Notes under the pieces: generated by a model
Database searches by the model: none
Seen by the model: only the letters and a program-made list of their open reading frames with translations
What the model was told of the DNA's origin: nothing
Origin: a virus
Lineage: Duplodnaviria; Caudoviricetes
Strand: one strand, 5' to 3'
IMG/VR virus record: IMGVR_UViG_3300006930_000001
Span: 1-64,000 of that record
Length of the DNA stretch: 64,000 bases
Position numbers and translations under genes: made by a program
In this document: in pieces, positions 40,548-48,970 of the stretch
How the letters are laid out: each line of letters opens with the position of its first letter
Position numbering within the stretch: the first letter of the stretch is position 1

Positions 40548-41567
40548 CTAAATCACCTTCCATGCACCATTGCCATCAGGAATACCAATGGTGAGTTTTC
40601 CAGAATCATCGAATTCCTCTGGGACATTGTGATACCGTGGCTGCCTTGGTGGTCGTGATGCAGCAACCTGCTTGAGAACAGCAAGTTCGCTCTGGAGAAT
40701 TGCTGAAGATTTCCCGGCGAAGTGAGCATCCTCAACCTTAATACCAAGTGATGCAGCCAGGGTTTTGTAATCTGCTGTCGCTGACGCGACTGCTGCGACT
40801 TCTGACGCTGCAGCAAGTCTTGATGCCACAAGTTTATCGATATCGTCTTCAGTTTTGATGGTCTTCTTCAGGTCTTCGATCTGATCAAGTGATGCAAATT
40901 TCACTTCTGGTTCCTTTGGATCTTCGGCATCTTCCTGGTCTTCGCTGGCCTTGAAGAGTTTCTTCAGTTCTTCTATTGCATCTCCCTGGGTTTTTACCAG
41001 GTCAGTGAGGTCAGTTATCTGCTTATCTTTCGAAGCAATCAGTGCATCAACCTCTTCTTTCGTCTTTTTCCTTTCCTCTTCGATTTTCTTATCGAATGAA
41101 GCAAGGAATTTTGCCTCGTCGTCTGGCATAGTTATATCCTCTACTGGATTGGTCAACATGAAGCGTTTCGAAGCCGCATGTGAAAATGTGGCACTTTTCC
41201 ACGCTGGATCTGCTACCAGGGTAAGTGATTTGTTAAAATAGTTCTGAACAAACCCATTTGGTAACTGATCCCCCTGTCCGTATACCGACCATGCCTTAAT
41301 TTCACCGTTTTTTACCAATGATCTGGCTTTTTCGTTGTAGATTTCGGTCTTGGCCTTGATATTAAACCCATCATACCAAGCATCGATGACTGCGCCGATT
41401 TCATGCGGTTTTGATTCGGTGAGATCGCAGGAATGGTCACGTTCAGGACAGAGCCTGACTACTGATTGCTTCAGGGAATTGACCACATTGGTTATTTCGG
41501 GCGATTGGATTCCCCATCCGTTCGCGTTCAATTCACCAACAGGCATGACAATGCCCTCAAGAATCAT
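40548..41567 (-). CDS. Prohead protease plus scaffold
   Basis: Start reassigned to ATG 41567 (MILEGIVMPVGELNANG); HSCDL, WSVYG, LTLVADPAW protease-like motifs; acidic coiled-coil C-terminal half. Confidence 0.75.
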   Translation of the reverse strand: MILEGIVMPVGELNANGWGIQSPEITNVVNSLKQSVVRLCPERDHSCDLTESKPHEIGAVIDAWYDGFNIKAKTEIYNEKARSLVKNGEIKAWSVYGQGDQLPNGFVQNYFNKSLTLVADPAWKSATFSHAASKRFMLTNPVEDITMPDDEAKFLASFDKKIEEERKKTKEEVDALIASKDKQITDLTDLVKTQGDAIEELKKLFKASEDQEDAEDPKEPEVKFASLDQIEDLKKTIKTEDDIDKLVASRLAAASEVAAVASATADYKTLAASLGIKVEDAHFAGKSSAILQSELAVLKQVAASRPPRQPRYHNVPEEFDDSGKLTIGIPDGNGAWKVI

Positions 41568-41621
41568 GTATATATAATATTTTAAAGACAATTTAAGGGT
41601 TTTCCAAAAAGCGACGCATAT

Positions 41622-41632
41622 CGGGTATAAAA
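41622..41632 (+). promoter_or_regulatory. CGGGTATAAAA motif, copy 2
   Basis: Exact 11-mer in the divergent intergenic region between the late block and 41705. Confidence 0.5.
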
Positions 41633-41659
41633 TCGAAAACGGAGACTGCAAAATCGAGC

Positions 41660-41678
41660 AGTATTACGGAGTAATACT
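41660..41678 (+). promoter_or_regulatory. Palindromic operator/hairpin AGTATTAC-GGA-GTAATACT
   Basis: Perfect 8-bp inverted repeat; same arms recur at 55296-55314. Confidence 0.65.
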
Positions 41679-41704
41679 ATTAAATATTATAAAAAATAAT
41701 ACTA

Positions 41705-42103
41705 TTGTGTATGATAATCATCAAAGACAAGTCTGTAGAAGTGAATTTCAGCGAACGTAAGCATGTGGTGATAATAAGCAGAGAAATCGAAAACCTGGAT
41801 GCAGCAATAGCAAAACTGGCAGAATACCGAGAACGTCTGGTAACAGACCTTTTCAAGGCAGATAACTGCCCAAATGACGAAATGTATGTTCTGGTGATCA
41901 AACAAAGATGTAAAGTACAATGGTCATACAGCAGGACTGGTAATAAGGATGTAGGAAAAACATATACAAATTACGTTCTTGTGGCACATCATGGTGATTG
42001 CGTTGTAGCAGAACTTGAGACCAGGGACATCAAGGAGAAGAATGCCTTCTTGAAACAGTATCCGTATAGAGTAGAGGAACGCGAATATAACAGAAAGGTG
42101 TAA
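41705..42103 (+). CDS. Hypothetical protein
   Basis: First ORF of the plus-strand accessory block; ATG at 41711 is an alternative start. Confidence 0.6.
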   Translation: MCMIIIKDKSVEVNFSERKHVVIISREIENLDAAIAKLAEYRERLVTDLFKADNCPNDEMYVLVIKQRCKVQWSYSRTGNKDVGKTYTNYVLVAHHGDCVVAELETRDIKEKNAFLKQYPYRVEEREYNRKV

Positions 42104-42122
42104 AATTTTTCGGAGAAAAATT

Positions 42123-42617
42123 ATGGGATCATATGAAGAAGCAGTAGCAGCAATTGAACATGCATTAGAAGACAAAAATCTGGAATTTACCAGGGTTGAC
42201 GACAGATATTCGTTTGATCCGTCAAAGAAAGTGACAGATTTTGCATGGGATCTGAAGAAAAATGGTATAGACATCGGAAGAGGACAGAGACTCGAAACGG
42301 GTATACAATTCTGGTTTACCAGCGATGAAATCGTGGTGCAAATCGTTCCGAAGGGATATGAATCGCTCAATTTCTCCCTGCCTTCATTTGACGAAATAAC
42401 AGAATATCTTCGTCACCGGCACACATACATTCGCAAGGAGGACAAATTTCTGGTAATCGACAGAATCGCTGTCGAAAACAAGTTGGTGGTGGACACTATC
42501 GATACATTAATCAAAATGTCGGGATCTACATACGAAATCAATGGAGTTCCATGCATTCTTGAAGTGTCGGTGCGATTCAGCGCTACCCAGGTGATCATCT
42601 ACGTGGCGGCGGTATGA
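42123..42617 (+). CDS. Hypothetical protein
   Basis: 164-aa ORF, operon context. Confidence 0.6.
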   Translation: MGSYEEAVAAIEHALEDKNLEFTRVDDRYSFDPSKKVTDFAWDLKKNGIDIGRGQRLETGIQFWFTSDEIVVQIVPKGYESLNFSLPSFDEITEYLRHRHTYIRKEDKFLVIDRIAVENKLVVDTIDTLIKMSGSTYEINGVPCILEVSVRFSATQVIIYVAAV

Positions 42618-42982
42618 TGGAAGCAGATATTCGTCTTTTCGTGGCCTGTCCAAAATCCGGGTTCAATACACCGATAAATGAATGCAAAGCATGCAATTAT
42701 CACAAATCCAGGGAATTGGGTCATGTAACATGCGATTATGATTACATCGTTGACCTGGCAAATTCGTATATCAAGGAAATGCAATTTGGGCCTTGTAGTA
42801 GTGTCGAGGATGTCAAACACGTTCTCCGACTACTTGACACCTGGACAGGCACGTTTCGTAACCTTACAGGGTATACAGATAATGCTGCAGCGGCAATTGC
42901 AGATCACTTGATGAAGGTGGCCAACCTGAAAGACGGGTATAACCGGGAGTGCCTGGAACAAATAATCCGGATGTATCTCTGA
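42614..42982 (+). CDS. Hypothetical protein with N-terminal Cys cluster
   Basis: CPKSG...CKACNYH...VTCDY; overlapping start/stop. Confidence 0.6.
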   Translation: MMEADIRLFVACPKSGFNTPINECKACNYHKSRELGHVTCDYDYIVDLANSYIKEMQFGPCSSVEDVKHVLRLLDTWTGTFRNLTGYTDNAAAAIADHLMKVANLKDGYNRECLEQIIRMYL

Positions 42983-42989
42983 CTTTTGA

Positions 42990-43000
42990 CGGGTATAAAA
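42990..43000 (+). promoter_or_regulatory. CGGGTATAAAA motif, copy 3
   Basis: Exact 11-mer at the start of a 214-bp intergenic region that also has the inverted repeat AAGTTTAT-N12-ATAAACTT (43099-43126). Confidence 0.45.
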
Positions 43001-43196
43001 CTTTTTTTTGAAAAACTGCACCGTTCGGTCAGAAGTGGATAAGACACCACCCCCCTGGTCCTGATTCCTGGGTCCAGGCGGAAAAATAACCGCGCATTAA
43101 GTTTATTTAGATACTTTTATAAACTTAAACATAGATATAGTATGTGCAGATGATTAGAGCCGATGGCTGAGGCGATAATCCTGCAGGAATAAAAAC

Positions 43197-43394
43197 ATGG
43201 ATGGAATAGAACAGATCAGATCACTTCTCGAAAGCGATCTTAGATGGTGCCTTATTCATAAAGATGACCTTGATGATGATGGTGATAAGTTTAACAGGGG
43301 ATACTGTTCAGGGAGAATAGGGCTGATAAAAGATCTCCTGTCAGAATTGACCGTTATAAAAATGCAAGAAGAGATCAACCATGAATCAAATTAA
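43197..43394 (+). CDS. Hypothetical protein
   Basis: 65 aa; GYCSGRIGLIKDLL pattern common in small phage proteins. Confidence 0.55.
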   Translation: MDGIEQIRSLLESDLRWCLIHKDDLDDDGDKFNRGYCSGRIGLIKDLLSELTVIKMQEEINHESN

Positions 43395-43782
43395 AAACCT
43401 GGTTCTTCTCCTGGCTGTATTGCTCGCGTTCTTCAGTTTCGCGATCAGTTATTCAACACTTGAGAACCTGGCCGAGAAAGAGGGAGTTAATCCCTCTGCT
43501 CTGTTCCCGTTAATAATTGACGGGATAATTATCCTGGCATTAATCTGGAGATTATACGGTCAGAATAAGGACGAAAGTAGGCTTGTGATGGCTGCATATG
43601 TGATCTTATCGATTGCGCTTAATGCAGTCTCACATATGTCTATATTGGGTGCAATCATGGCTGCGGTTGCACCTATTAGCCTGTTCGTGACTTCAGAGAT
43701 ATCAGCGTGCATGATGCGAACTAATACGGGTATCAAGAAGAGAGATGAGAAGGGAAGATTTGTAAAACAAACCGAGGCTTAA
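43381..43782 (+). CDS. DUF2637-like four-TM membrane protein (paralog 1)
   Basis: SFAISYSTLENLA...ALFPLIIDGIII...SIALNAVSH...AAVAPISLFVTSE. Confidence 0.65.
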   Translation: MNQIKNLVLLLAVLLAFFSFAISYSTLENLAEKEGVNPSALFPLIIDGIIILALIWRLYGQNKDESRLVMAAYVILSIALNAVSHMSILGAIMAAVAPISLFVTSEISACMMRTNTGIKKRDEKGRFVKQTEA

Positions 43783-43785
43783 AAT

Positions 43786-44154
43786 ATGGCTGTAAATACA
43801 CTTAATACATTATACGGTATCGAACAGAGAATAAAGGCGCTGGAGATCGAACTTAAAGATCTCCGTGGTCAGGAAAAGAAATTAATCGGTCAGTGCCTTG
43901 AATCAAAAAGTATGGAAAACAGATACTATCGGCTGACCAATAAGGTGATCAGGGGTGACAGAAAGATCGATATCGTTCTCCTGAAAGAGAAATATCCTGA
44001 TATTGCACCTGCAATTATCAAAGAAACAGTTTCCGTGACCGATGCAAAAAAGAAACTCGGGGATGATTTGATCGATCAGATCAGTACTCGTCAGGCCGAT
44101 TCTATAACCTGGTTCGTTGAGAAAAAAGAATCATCTCCCGTGGTGGTGGTCTGA
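43786..44154 (+). CDS. Coiled-coil protein (Gam/Gp157-like appearance)
   Basis: IEQRIKALEIELKDLRGQEKKL...RKIDIVLLKEKYPDI. Confidence 0.5.
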   Translation: MAVNTLNTLYGIEQRIKALEIELKDLRGQEKKLIGQCLESKSMENRYYRLTNKVIRGDRKIDIVLLKEKYPDIAPAIIKETVSVTDAKKKLGDDLIDQISTRQADSITWFVEKKESSPVVVV

Positions 44155-44370
44155 ATGACTGCCTGGATATCTGACTCACCAAAAACAAAAAAGGCACTTA
44201 AACAGATGATAGGGCAATCTATCACTGTTGTAAATCCTCATCCTATGTCTGCATATGGCATGGATCATCCATTAAATGGTATTGCCGTTGTTGGTCCTGG
44301 AGCATATGAAAGAAAATGGTATGCCCAGGTCTGGACAGACAAAGATGGTATTCTCCTGAAGGTGAAATAA
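44155..44370 (+). CDS. Hypothetical protein
   Basis: 71 aa; VVGPGAYERKWYAQV; operon context. Confidence 0.55.
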   Translation: MTAWISDSPKTKKALKQMIGQSITVVNPHPMSAYGMDHPLNGIAVVGPGAYERKWYAQVWTDKDGILLKVK

Positions 44371-44966
44371 TGAGCCTTCAATTATTTGGTGGATTATGGC
44401 TTACTGAACATCGAAAGGGGGGAAAGATGACAGGGAAGGATTCAATAATGATCTCTCATCCTCCTTTCTGTGATCGGACCTGTGGTATATGTGGGTCCTG
44501 CTACTCAAAAAAGATGAGTAAATACAGAAAGTATCTGCAAAAAAGGCAGGACCAGAATACAAAGGTATTGAATAAACCTGGCTGTATCATTCATAAATTC
44601 AATACATTGGACAGAACCATAAGATGGTTATCCACTGGCGAACTGTGGTCTGATCAGATGTTCGAAAATATTTGCCTCTTCGCAATAGAGAATAATCATC
44701 TTTATCATGTGATCTGGACAAAAAGAGCGGGTATAGTTCGGCGGTGTTCGCGTATAATACCAAATAACCTGGGGCTGATATGGTCTGCTACAAAGATCGA
44801 TTATCCTAAACCCTTTGTGCCTAAAGGGTTTGATATCGGCTTCTGGGTCTATTCATCAGAAGATAAACTTCCTGATAATGCAATCCACTGCACAAAAAAG
44901 TGCTCAACCTGTGGATTCTGCTACCGTCCTGGATCAAAAGGTATCGTCTGTGAGGTGCTTAAATGA
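44370..44966 (+). CDS. Gp88-like radical-SAM-related protein
   Basis: CDRTCGIC (CX3CX2C) then GSCYS; IRWLSTGE, IWTKR, C-terminal CTKKCSTCGFCY; ATG 44370 overlaps the previous stop. Confidence 0.65.
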   Translation: MSLQLFGGLWLTEHRKGGKMTGKDSIMISHPPFCDRTCGICGSCYSKKMSKYRKYLQKRQDQNTKVLNKPGCIIHKFNTLDRTIRWLSTGELWSDQMFENICLFAIENNHLYHVIWTKRAGIVRRCSRIIPNNLGLIWSATKIDYPKPFVPKGFDIGFWVYSSEDKLPDNAIHCTKKCSTCGFCYRPGSKGIVCEVLK

Positions 44967-45028
44967 TAGATGATTATTATTTGGTGCTGCTGCTCCTGGT
45001 AATTATCATTTTCATAATCATAATTTAA
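44963..45028 (+). CDS. 21-aa single-TM peptide MIDDYYLVLLLLVIIIFIIII
   Basis: GAGGTG RBS 6 nt upstream, ATGA overlap; the same RBS precedes 45045. Confidence 0.35.
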   Translation: MIDDYYLVLLLLVIIIFIIII

Positions 45029-45044
45029 TTTTTGAGGTGCTAAA

Positions 45045-45518
45045 ATGTATCAATCAAATAAAGAAGAAAGCAAAAACATCAGGGAATTATTTAAAACTGA
45101 TAAATCCCTATCTCGGTATAAATTAGTACAGAATGGGCATGGAACCGGGACCGCTTACGGGTGGATTCATGTTACCGTAACTTATCCCGATGGTGAATAT
45201 ACAGAAAATTCGTATAACTATCAACGGCATGATGAAAGAATGAGGATCTATTTCCTGATAAAAAATATCGTTGGTCGTGGTGATCGGCAGGATGATTCTC
45301 AATCAGATTATTTCTGCGAGAATATACTATTGGATTTTATTTCTGAATCATCCTGGAAAGAAAAAAATTCCTGGAAAGAAAGAAGAAAACAAAACCGGAT
45401 TAAACATCAGACCTGTCCCAATTGTGGAACAATTGTTAAAGAGTTCAGAAGATGGGGATATCATTTTGTCAGATGCTGCCCTAAATGTGAAACTCAATGG
45501 GAACATGGATCGGCGTGA
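45045..45518 (+). CDS. Hypothetical protein with C-terminal Zn ribbon
   Basis: CPNCG...CCPKCE; GAGGTG RBS. Confidence 0.65.
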   Translation: MYQSNKEESKNIRELFKTDKSLSRYKLVQNGHGTGTAYGWIHVTVTYPDGEYTENSYNYQRHDERMRIYFLIKNIVGRGDRQDDSQSDYFCENILLDFISESSWKEKNSWKERRKQNRIKHQTCPNCGTIVKEFRRWGYHFVRCCPKCETQWEHGSA

Positions 45519-45522
45519 TAAA

Positions 45523-45684
45523 ATGAAATACTATCTTCTTACCCATACCATTTATTCTTTTGATGCTGATTCTGATGAAGAGGCGATCAAAATATCTGAA
45601 GAATCATCTGATATGAATACCGAATCTGAATCTTTTATCACTCTAACATCTGAAAACATGAGATTGATAAAAGATTATCAGTGA
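45523..45684 (+). CDS. Small acidic protein (53 aa)
   Basis: MKYYLLTHTIYSFDADSDEEAIKI...; C-terminal part of track ORF 45271-45684. Confidence 0.5.
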   Translation: MKYYLLTHTIYSFDADSDEEAIKISEESSDMNTESESFITLTSENMRLIKDYQ

Positions 45685-45782
45685 TATTACATCACTAACC
45701 TTTTTTGTGAACATCACTATAAACCTCTGGTGATATCACTGACTCTCAACCGACAAAAGGACTCCGGACGGAAGGACACTGG

Positions 45783-45882
45783 TTTTTCGCGGAGCGAAAA
45801 ATTCAACGGAGTTGAACCGTAGGCAAGTGGACTGACGGACGGAGTCCGGAAGGTAACGGTGTCCTGACGGACGGAGTCCGTC
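45783..45882 (+). other. Cluster of four C(GGA)G triloop hairpins
   Basis: TTTTTCGC-GGA-GCGAAAAA (45783-45801), TTCAAC-GGA-GTTGAA (45802-45816), CGGAC-GGA-GTCCG (45836-45848), GACGGAC-GGA-GTCCGTC (45866-45882); 17-bp direct repeat CTGACGGACGGAGTCCG at 45832 and 45864. Confidence 0.75.
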
Positions 45883-46201
45883 GCCCGCCAGACATCATTC
45901 GAATAAACAAATACGGGTATTGGCATTAAATTCTGCGCTCTATACTATGCAAAATTATTCTGGCAGGTTTTTGTTTTCCGGCATTTGCAAATTTTTCAAC
46001 GACATGCACACAGCGGGCCGAGGATGGCAAATCACACCTGGCATGGTATGATGTTAGGTCTTGTAGTCTGCCGCTCGACTACGTCTCGCTATGTGCGTGT
46101 AAAAATTGAGTGATATCCCAGGCGTGGTCCGGGCCGCACATGCCGGGTATAGTTCCAGTGGAAATGAAGGGGTAGAAGTGCAGCATAGTTTGTCGTAGAA
46201 A

Positions 46202-46576
46202 TTAGTATTCTTCTTTATGCTCCATTCTATGACAATTTGCACATAAAATGATACATTTCTTGGCTTCTTGTTCAAGGGAACGCATAGATCGTGTAAATGG
46301 TGCCAGACCAAACGATTTTTCTTCTATATGATGAAAATCGAATACACAACTATTTTCTTCGGTTGCTTTCAATCCACAATTCTTACATTTGGATCCAAGC
46401 ATCTGTATAAGAATCCATTTCTTATTCCTGATACGTTCTACACATTTTTGTTTCCTTCCAGGAGAAGAATTGTATTCTTTAATTTTTTCTTTGTTGATTA
46501 TCCTACGTTGACGGTGATACTCTTTTGGATCGTCCTTCACAGATACCGTTATTAACGGATTGCGTGGTTTTACCAT
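46202..46576 (-). CDS. HNH endonuclease
   Basis: CKNCG...FDFHH...KCIILCANCHRMEH. Confidence 0.85.
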   Translation of the reverse strand: MVKPRNPLITVSVKDDPKEYHRQRRIINKEKIKEYNSSPGRKQKCVERIRNKKWILIQMLGSKCKNCGLKATEENSCVFDFHHIEEKSFGLAPFTRSMRSLEQEAKKCIILCANCHRMEHKEEY

Positions 46577-46667
46577 GATTTATAATTGCGTTTTAAAAAA
46601 TATAAATTTGTCGGAGAATGTTCGTTTGGCGCAATTACAATTTTCCAGGTCCGTTTGTCAAAAGAGG

Positions 46668-47435
46668 TTATTCCTGGAGGAGTATCTCATCTATAGCCCA
46701 ATCAGGATTATTTATTTTGTATATTCGTGCTTCTACGTGGTGGTTTATCGGTTCCGGGAGTTTATTGTATAGTGGCTGGCCATCCTCGCCCACATCTGCA
46801 AACCTCATGAATATTGAATCGTTCCACAAATGCATTGGGATGCCTCCCATATATGTCTCCCAGGATTCTATTTTACGGAATTCTTCTGGCTTTCTTTCAA
46901 GATCCCTGCGCCATCGCATCTGGAAAGTGACATATTTCTTCAGGAATTGCTGATGCTCTACTTCAAGTAAATCGACTTTTGGATTCTCTGGTTCCTGTTC
47001 CTTGTCAATAGAATACAATTTTCTAATAAATGATGCTACTGCAATATTCATATTGATTTTGAACCTATCACCATCAGTATTTTTCCATACCAAACGATTT
47101 GCTTTCATAAAATCTACACCAGAACCAGCAACACCTTCCTCAAGATAGATTGCCATCTCTGCATATGTGAGATATACACCTTCATGATACGGATGTTCTA
47201 ATATACCTTCTATAGATTCTATTGGACGCAATACATCATGCGGTTTTACAATTTTTGAAATACGTCTAAAGACATGAGCATGTATTGTATCATCATAATA
47301 ATAATCATGGTCCTCTCCAAATTCACATTTCTTGATTGCTATTATTTTTGAAGGAACATTTAATCTTCCATTCATGGATCTTTTATTTGCACAAATTAAG
47401 AGACAACTTTTACGTGGCAAAATATCATTCTCCAT
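46668..47435 (-). CDS. AbrB/SpoVT-like N-terminal domain fused to an unknown domain (255 aa)
   Basis: Start reassigned to ATG 47435; NGRLNVPSKIIAIKKCEFGEDHDYYYD is a paralog of 47425-47616. Confidence 0.65.
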   Translation of the reverse strand: MENDILPRKSCLLICANKRSMNGRLNVPSKIIAIKKCEFGEDHDYYYDDTIHAHVFRRISKIVKPHDVLRPIESIEGILEHPYHEGVYLTYAEMAIYLEEGVAGSGVDFMKANRLVWKNTDGDRFKINMNIAVASFIRKLYSIDKEQEPENPKVDLLEVEHQQFLKKYVTFQMRWRRDLERKPEEFRKIESWETYMGGIPMHLWNDSIFMRFADVGEDGQPLYNKLPEPINHHVEARIYKINNPDWAIDEILLQE

Positions 47436-47616
47436 CTTTTGACTGCTGTTTTGAAATTCGCTTGAAGACATGAGCATCCAATTCCTTATCATAATAGTAT
47501 TCGTGGTCTTCACCAAACTCACAACTATGCGCTTTGATAGCATCTGCAGGAACTGTCAATCTTCCAGATTCCCTCGATTTTGCCATCCTTGTCAAAAGCG
47601 TTGTTTTACGTGGCAT
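47425..47616 (-). CDS. AbrB/SpoVT-like swapped-hairpin DNA-binding protein (63 aa)
   Basis: SGRLTVPADAIKAHSCEFGEDHEYYYD fits the G.l.iP..i......Gd pattern. Confidence 0.6.
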   Translation of the reverse strand: MPRKTTLLTRMAKSRESGRLTVPADAIKAHSCEFGEDHEYYYDKELDAHVFKRISKQQSKDGE

Positions 47617-47673
47617 TATTCATAATCGTTGCGTCTCTATATATTTTTTGCGTCTCTTCTTGTCGTCGCATAG

Positions 47674-47850
47674 TGCAGTCTCTAACAAAAGGTGCAGTCT
47701 GCAACTTTCTATTTGGACTGCAAGGCTCAATGCTATGATGGTCCGTTGCAGTCTCTAACAAAAGGTGCAGTCTGCAACTTTCTATTTGGACTGCAAGGCT
47801 CAATGCTATGATGGTCCGTTGCAGTCTCTAACAAAAGGTGCAGTCTGCAA
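47674..47850. repeat. 73-bp exact tandem repeat, 2.4 copies, rich in TGCAGTC
   Basis: Units start at 47674, 47747, 47820; TGCAGTC or GACTGCA occurs 10 times in 47674-47927. Confidence 0.9.
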
Positions 47851-48149
47851 AACGGTTGCAGTCCATAACTTTTTACCTCATGCAATCCAATACTATTGTG
47901 CAGCGTGTGATCGCCTTCACGACTGCATCCATGTAAAATTATTTCCTGCAGCAATACAGGGAATCTCAAAGCCTCTTCGATGCACCAGCCATGTATCGAA
48001 CACAAATAACCTTTCAGGAGAAAATAGCCGTTCTCCTGCTTCCAGGGACCACAAATCCCTGGCTACTTTTGATACACATCTTTTCAACAACTCTAAACCA
48101 TTTGCAGAGCCGCCAGGCGATGCTCCATTACCAGAACTATACAAACTGT

Positions 48150-48760
48150 TTTATTCGTGATCTTTATAACACTAAATATTATAATACTAAATTTTACTCA
48201 AGAACTGAACACAGATCGTCATATGGACTTTTATTCTTGCTGCTTTTAAATATGCCTAAATTACGCTCTATTTTCCCGGATAATACCCGTAAAATGATAT
48301 CTCAAAAATGCTAATTCACGCGTATATAGAATAAGAAATAAAAAAGAGGGTTTCAAAACTACTATCGCGCGAGGGAGGTTAAACACATCTTAAATTGGGC
48401 TTATTTTTACGAACGAGGCCCAACTTATCTATTAGTTTTACATCCATATATAAACTACGTCAAATACTTTCTAACATAAACTAATGCTATTTTGCGTTCA
48501 AAAATACCGATTGTGCAACAATCATAATATTACTTTAAATATATCCTGGATGTCATTTAGTTGACTCAAACGCTATGCCATTTTACAAAGTAAAACGATC
48601 AACCATACCACCCACGATCAGATCGGCCATTTTTACCCCCCTGGCATTCGTTTGGTGAAAGTTCTGGTAATCGAGCAACCTGGTGGTTGCACCCATTATG
48701 CATCGACTTCTGCCCAAACCAGTATTACGATTATCCAGGTTCGTAATATTATCAAAAAAG
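48150..48760. other. AT-rich ORF-poor region (origin or regulatory candidate)
   Basis: No convincing ORF; 10-bp-stem hairpin AGTATTACGA...TCGTAATATT at 48721-48750. Confidence 0.4.
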
Positions 48761-48765
48761 ATTTA

Positions 48766-48954
48766 TTAAAAGAATGTCTTTTTAATGTCAATGATTCGTG
48801 CTACGATACTGATTATCAGTAACACTGCAAAGACCTGTTCTAACCAGAACATGACATAACTGTTTTGCGTATGAAGGTAACAATCTTGCCATTGCAGATC
48901 TGGTATATCATATTGCTTGAAGAAACTGCATTCATTTCGCACTTCTTTTCGCAT
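48766..48954 (-). CDS. Small protein with Cys cluster and C-terminal TM helix
   Basis: ECSFFK...QDCY; WLEQVFAVLLIISIVARII. Confidence 0.5.
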   Translation of the reverse strand: MRKEVRNECSFFKQYDIPDLQWQDCYLHTQNSYVMFWLEQVFAVLLIISIVARIIDIKKTFF

Positions 48955-48970
48955 CTATCACATTGGTAAA

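Noticed and set aside
45832-45880. Mini-CRISPR reading of the 17-bp direct repeat
   Set aside because: Only two copies, 15-bp spacer, repeat too short; better explained as hairpins
47674-47850. CRISPR or mini-array reading of the 73-bp repeat
   Set aside because: Units are contiguous and identical with no unique spacers
47534-48314. ORFs across the repeat region (47606-47803, 47733-48005, 47765-48160, 47917-48144, 47991-48314)
   Set aside because: Conflicting frames, mostly non-ATG starts, partly generated by the 73-bp repeat; none recognisable
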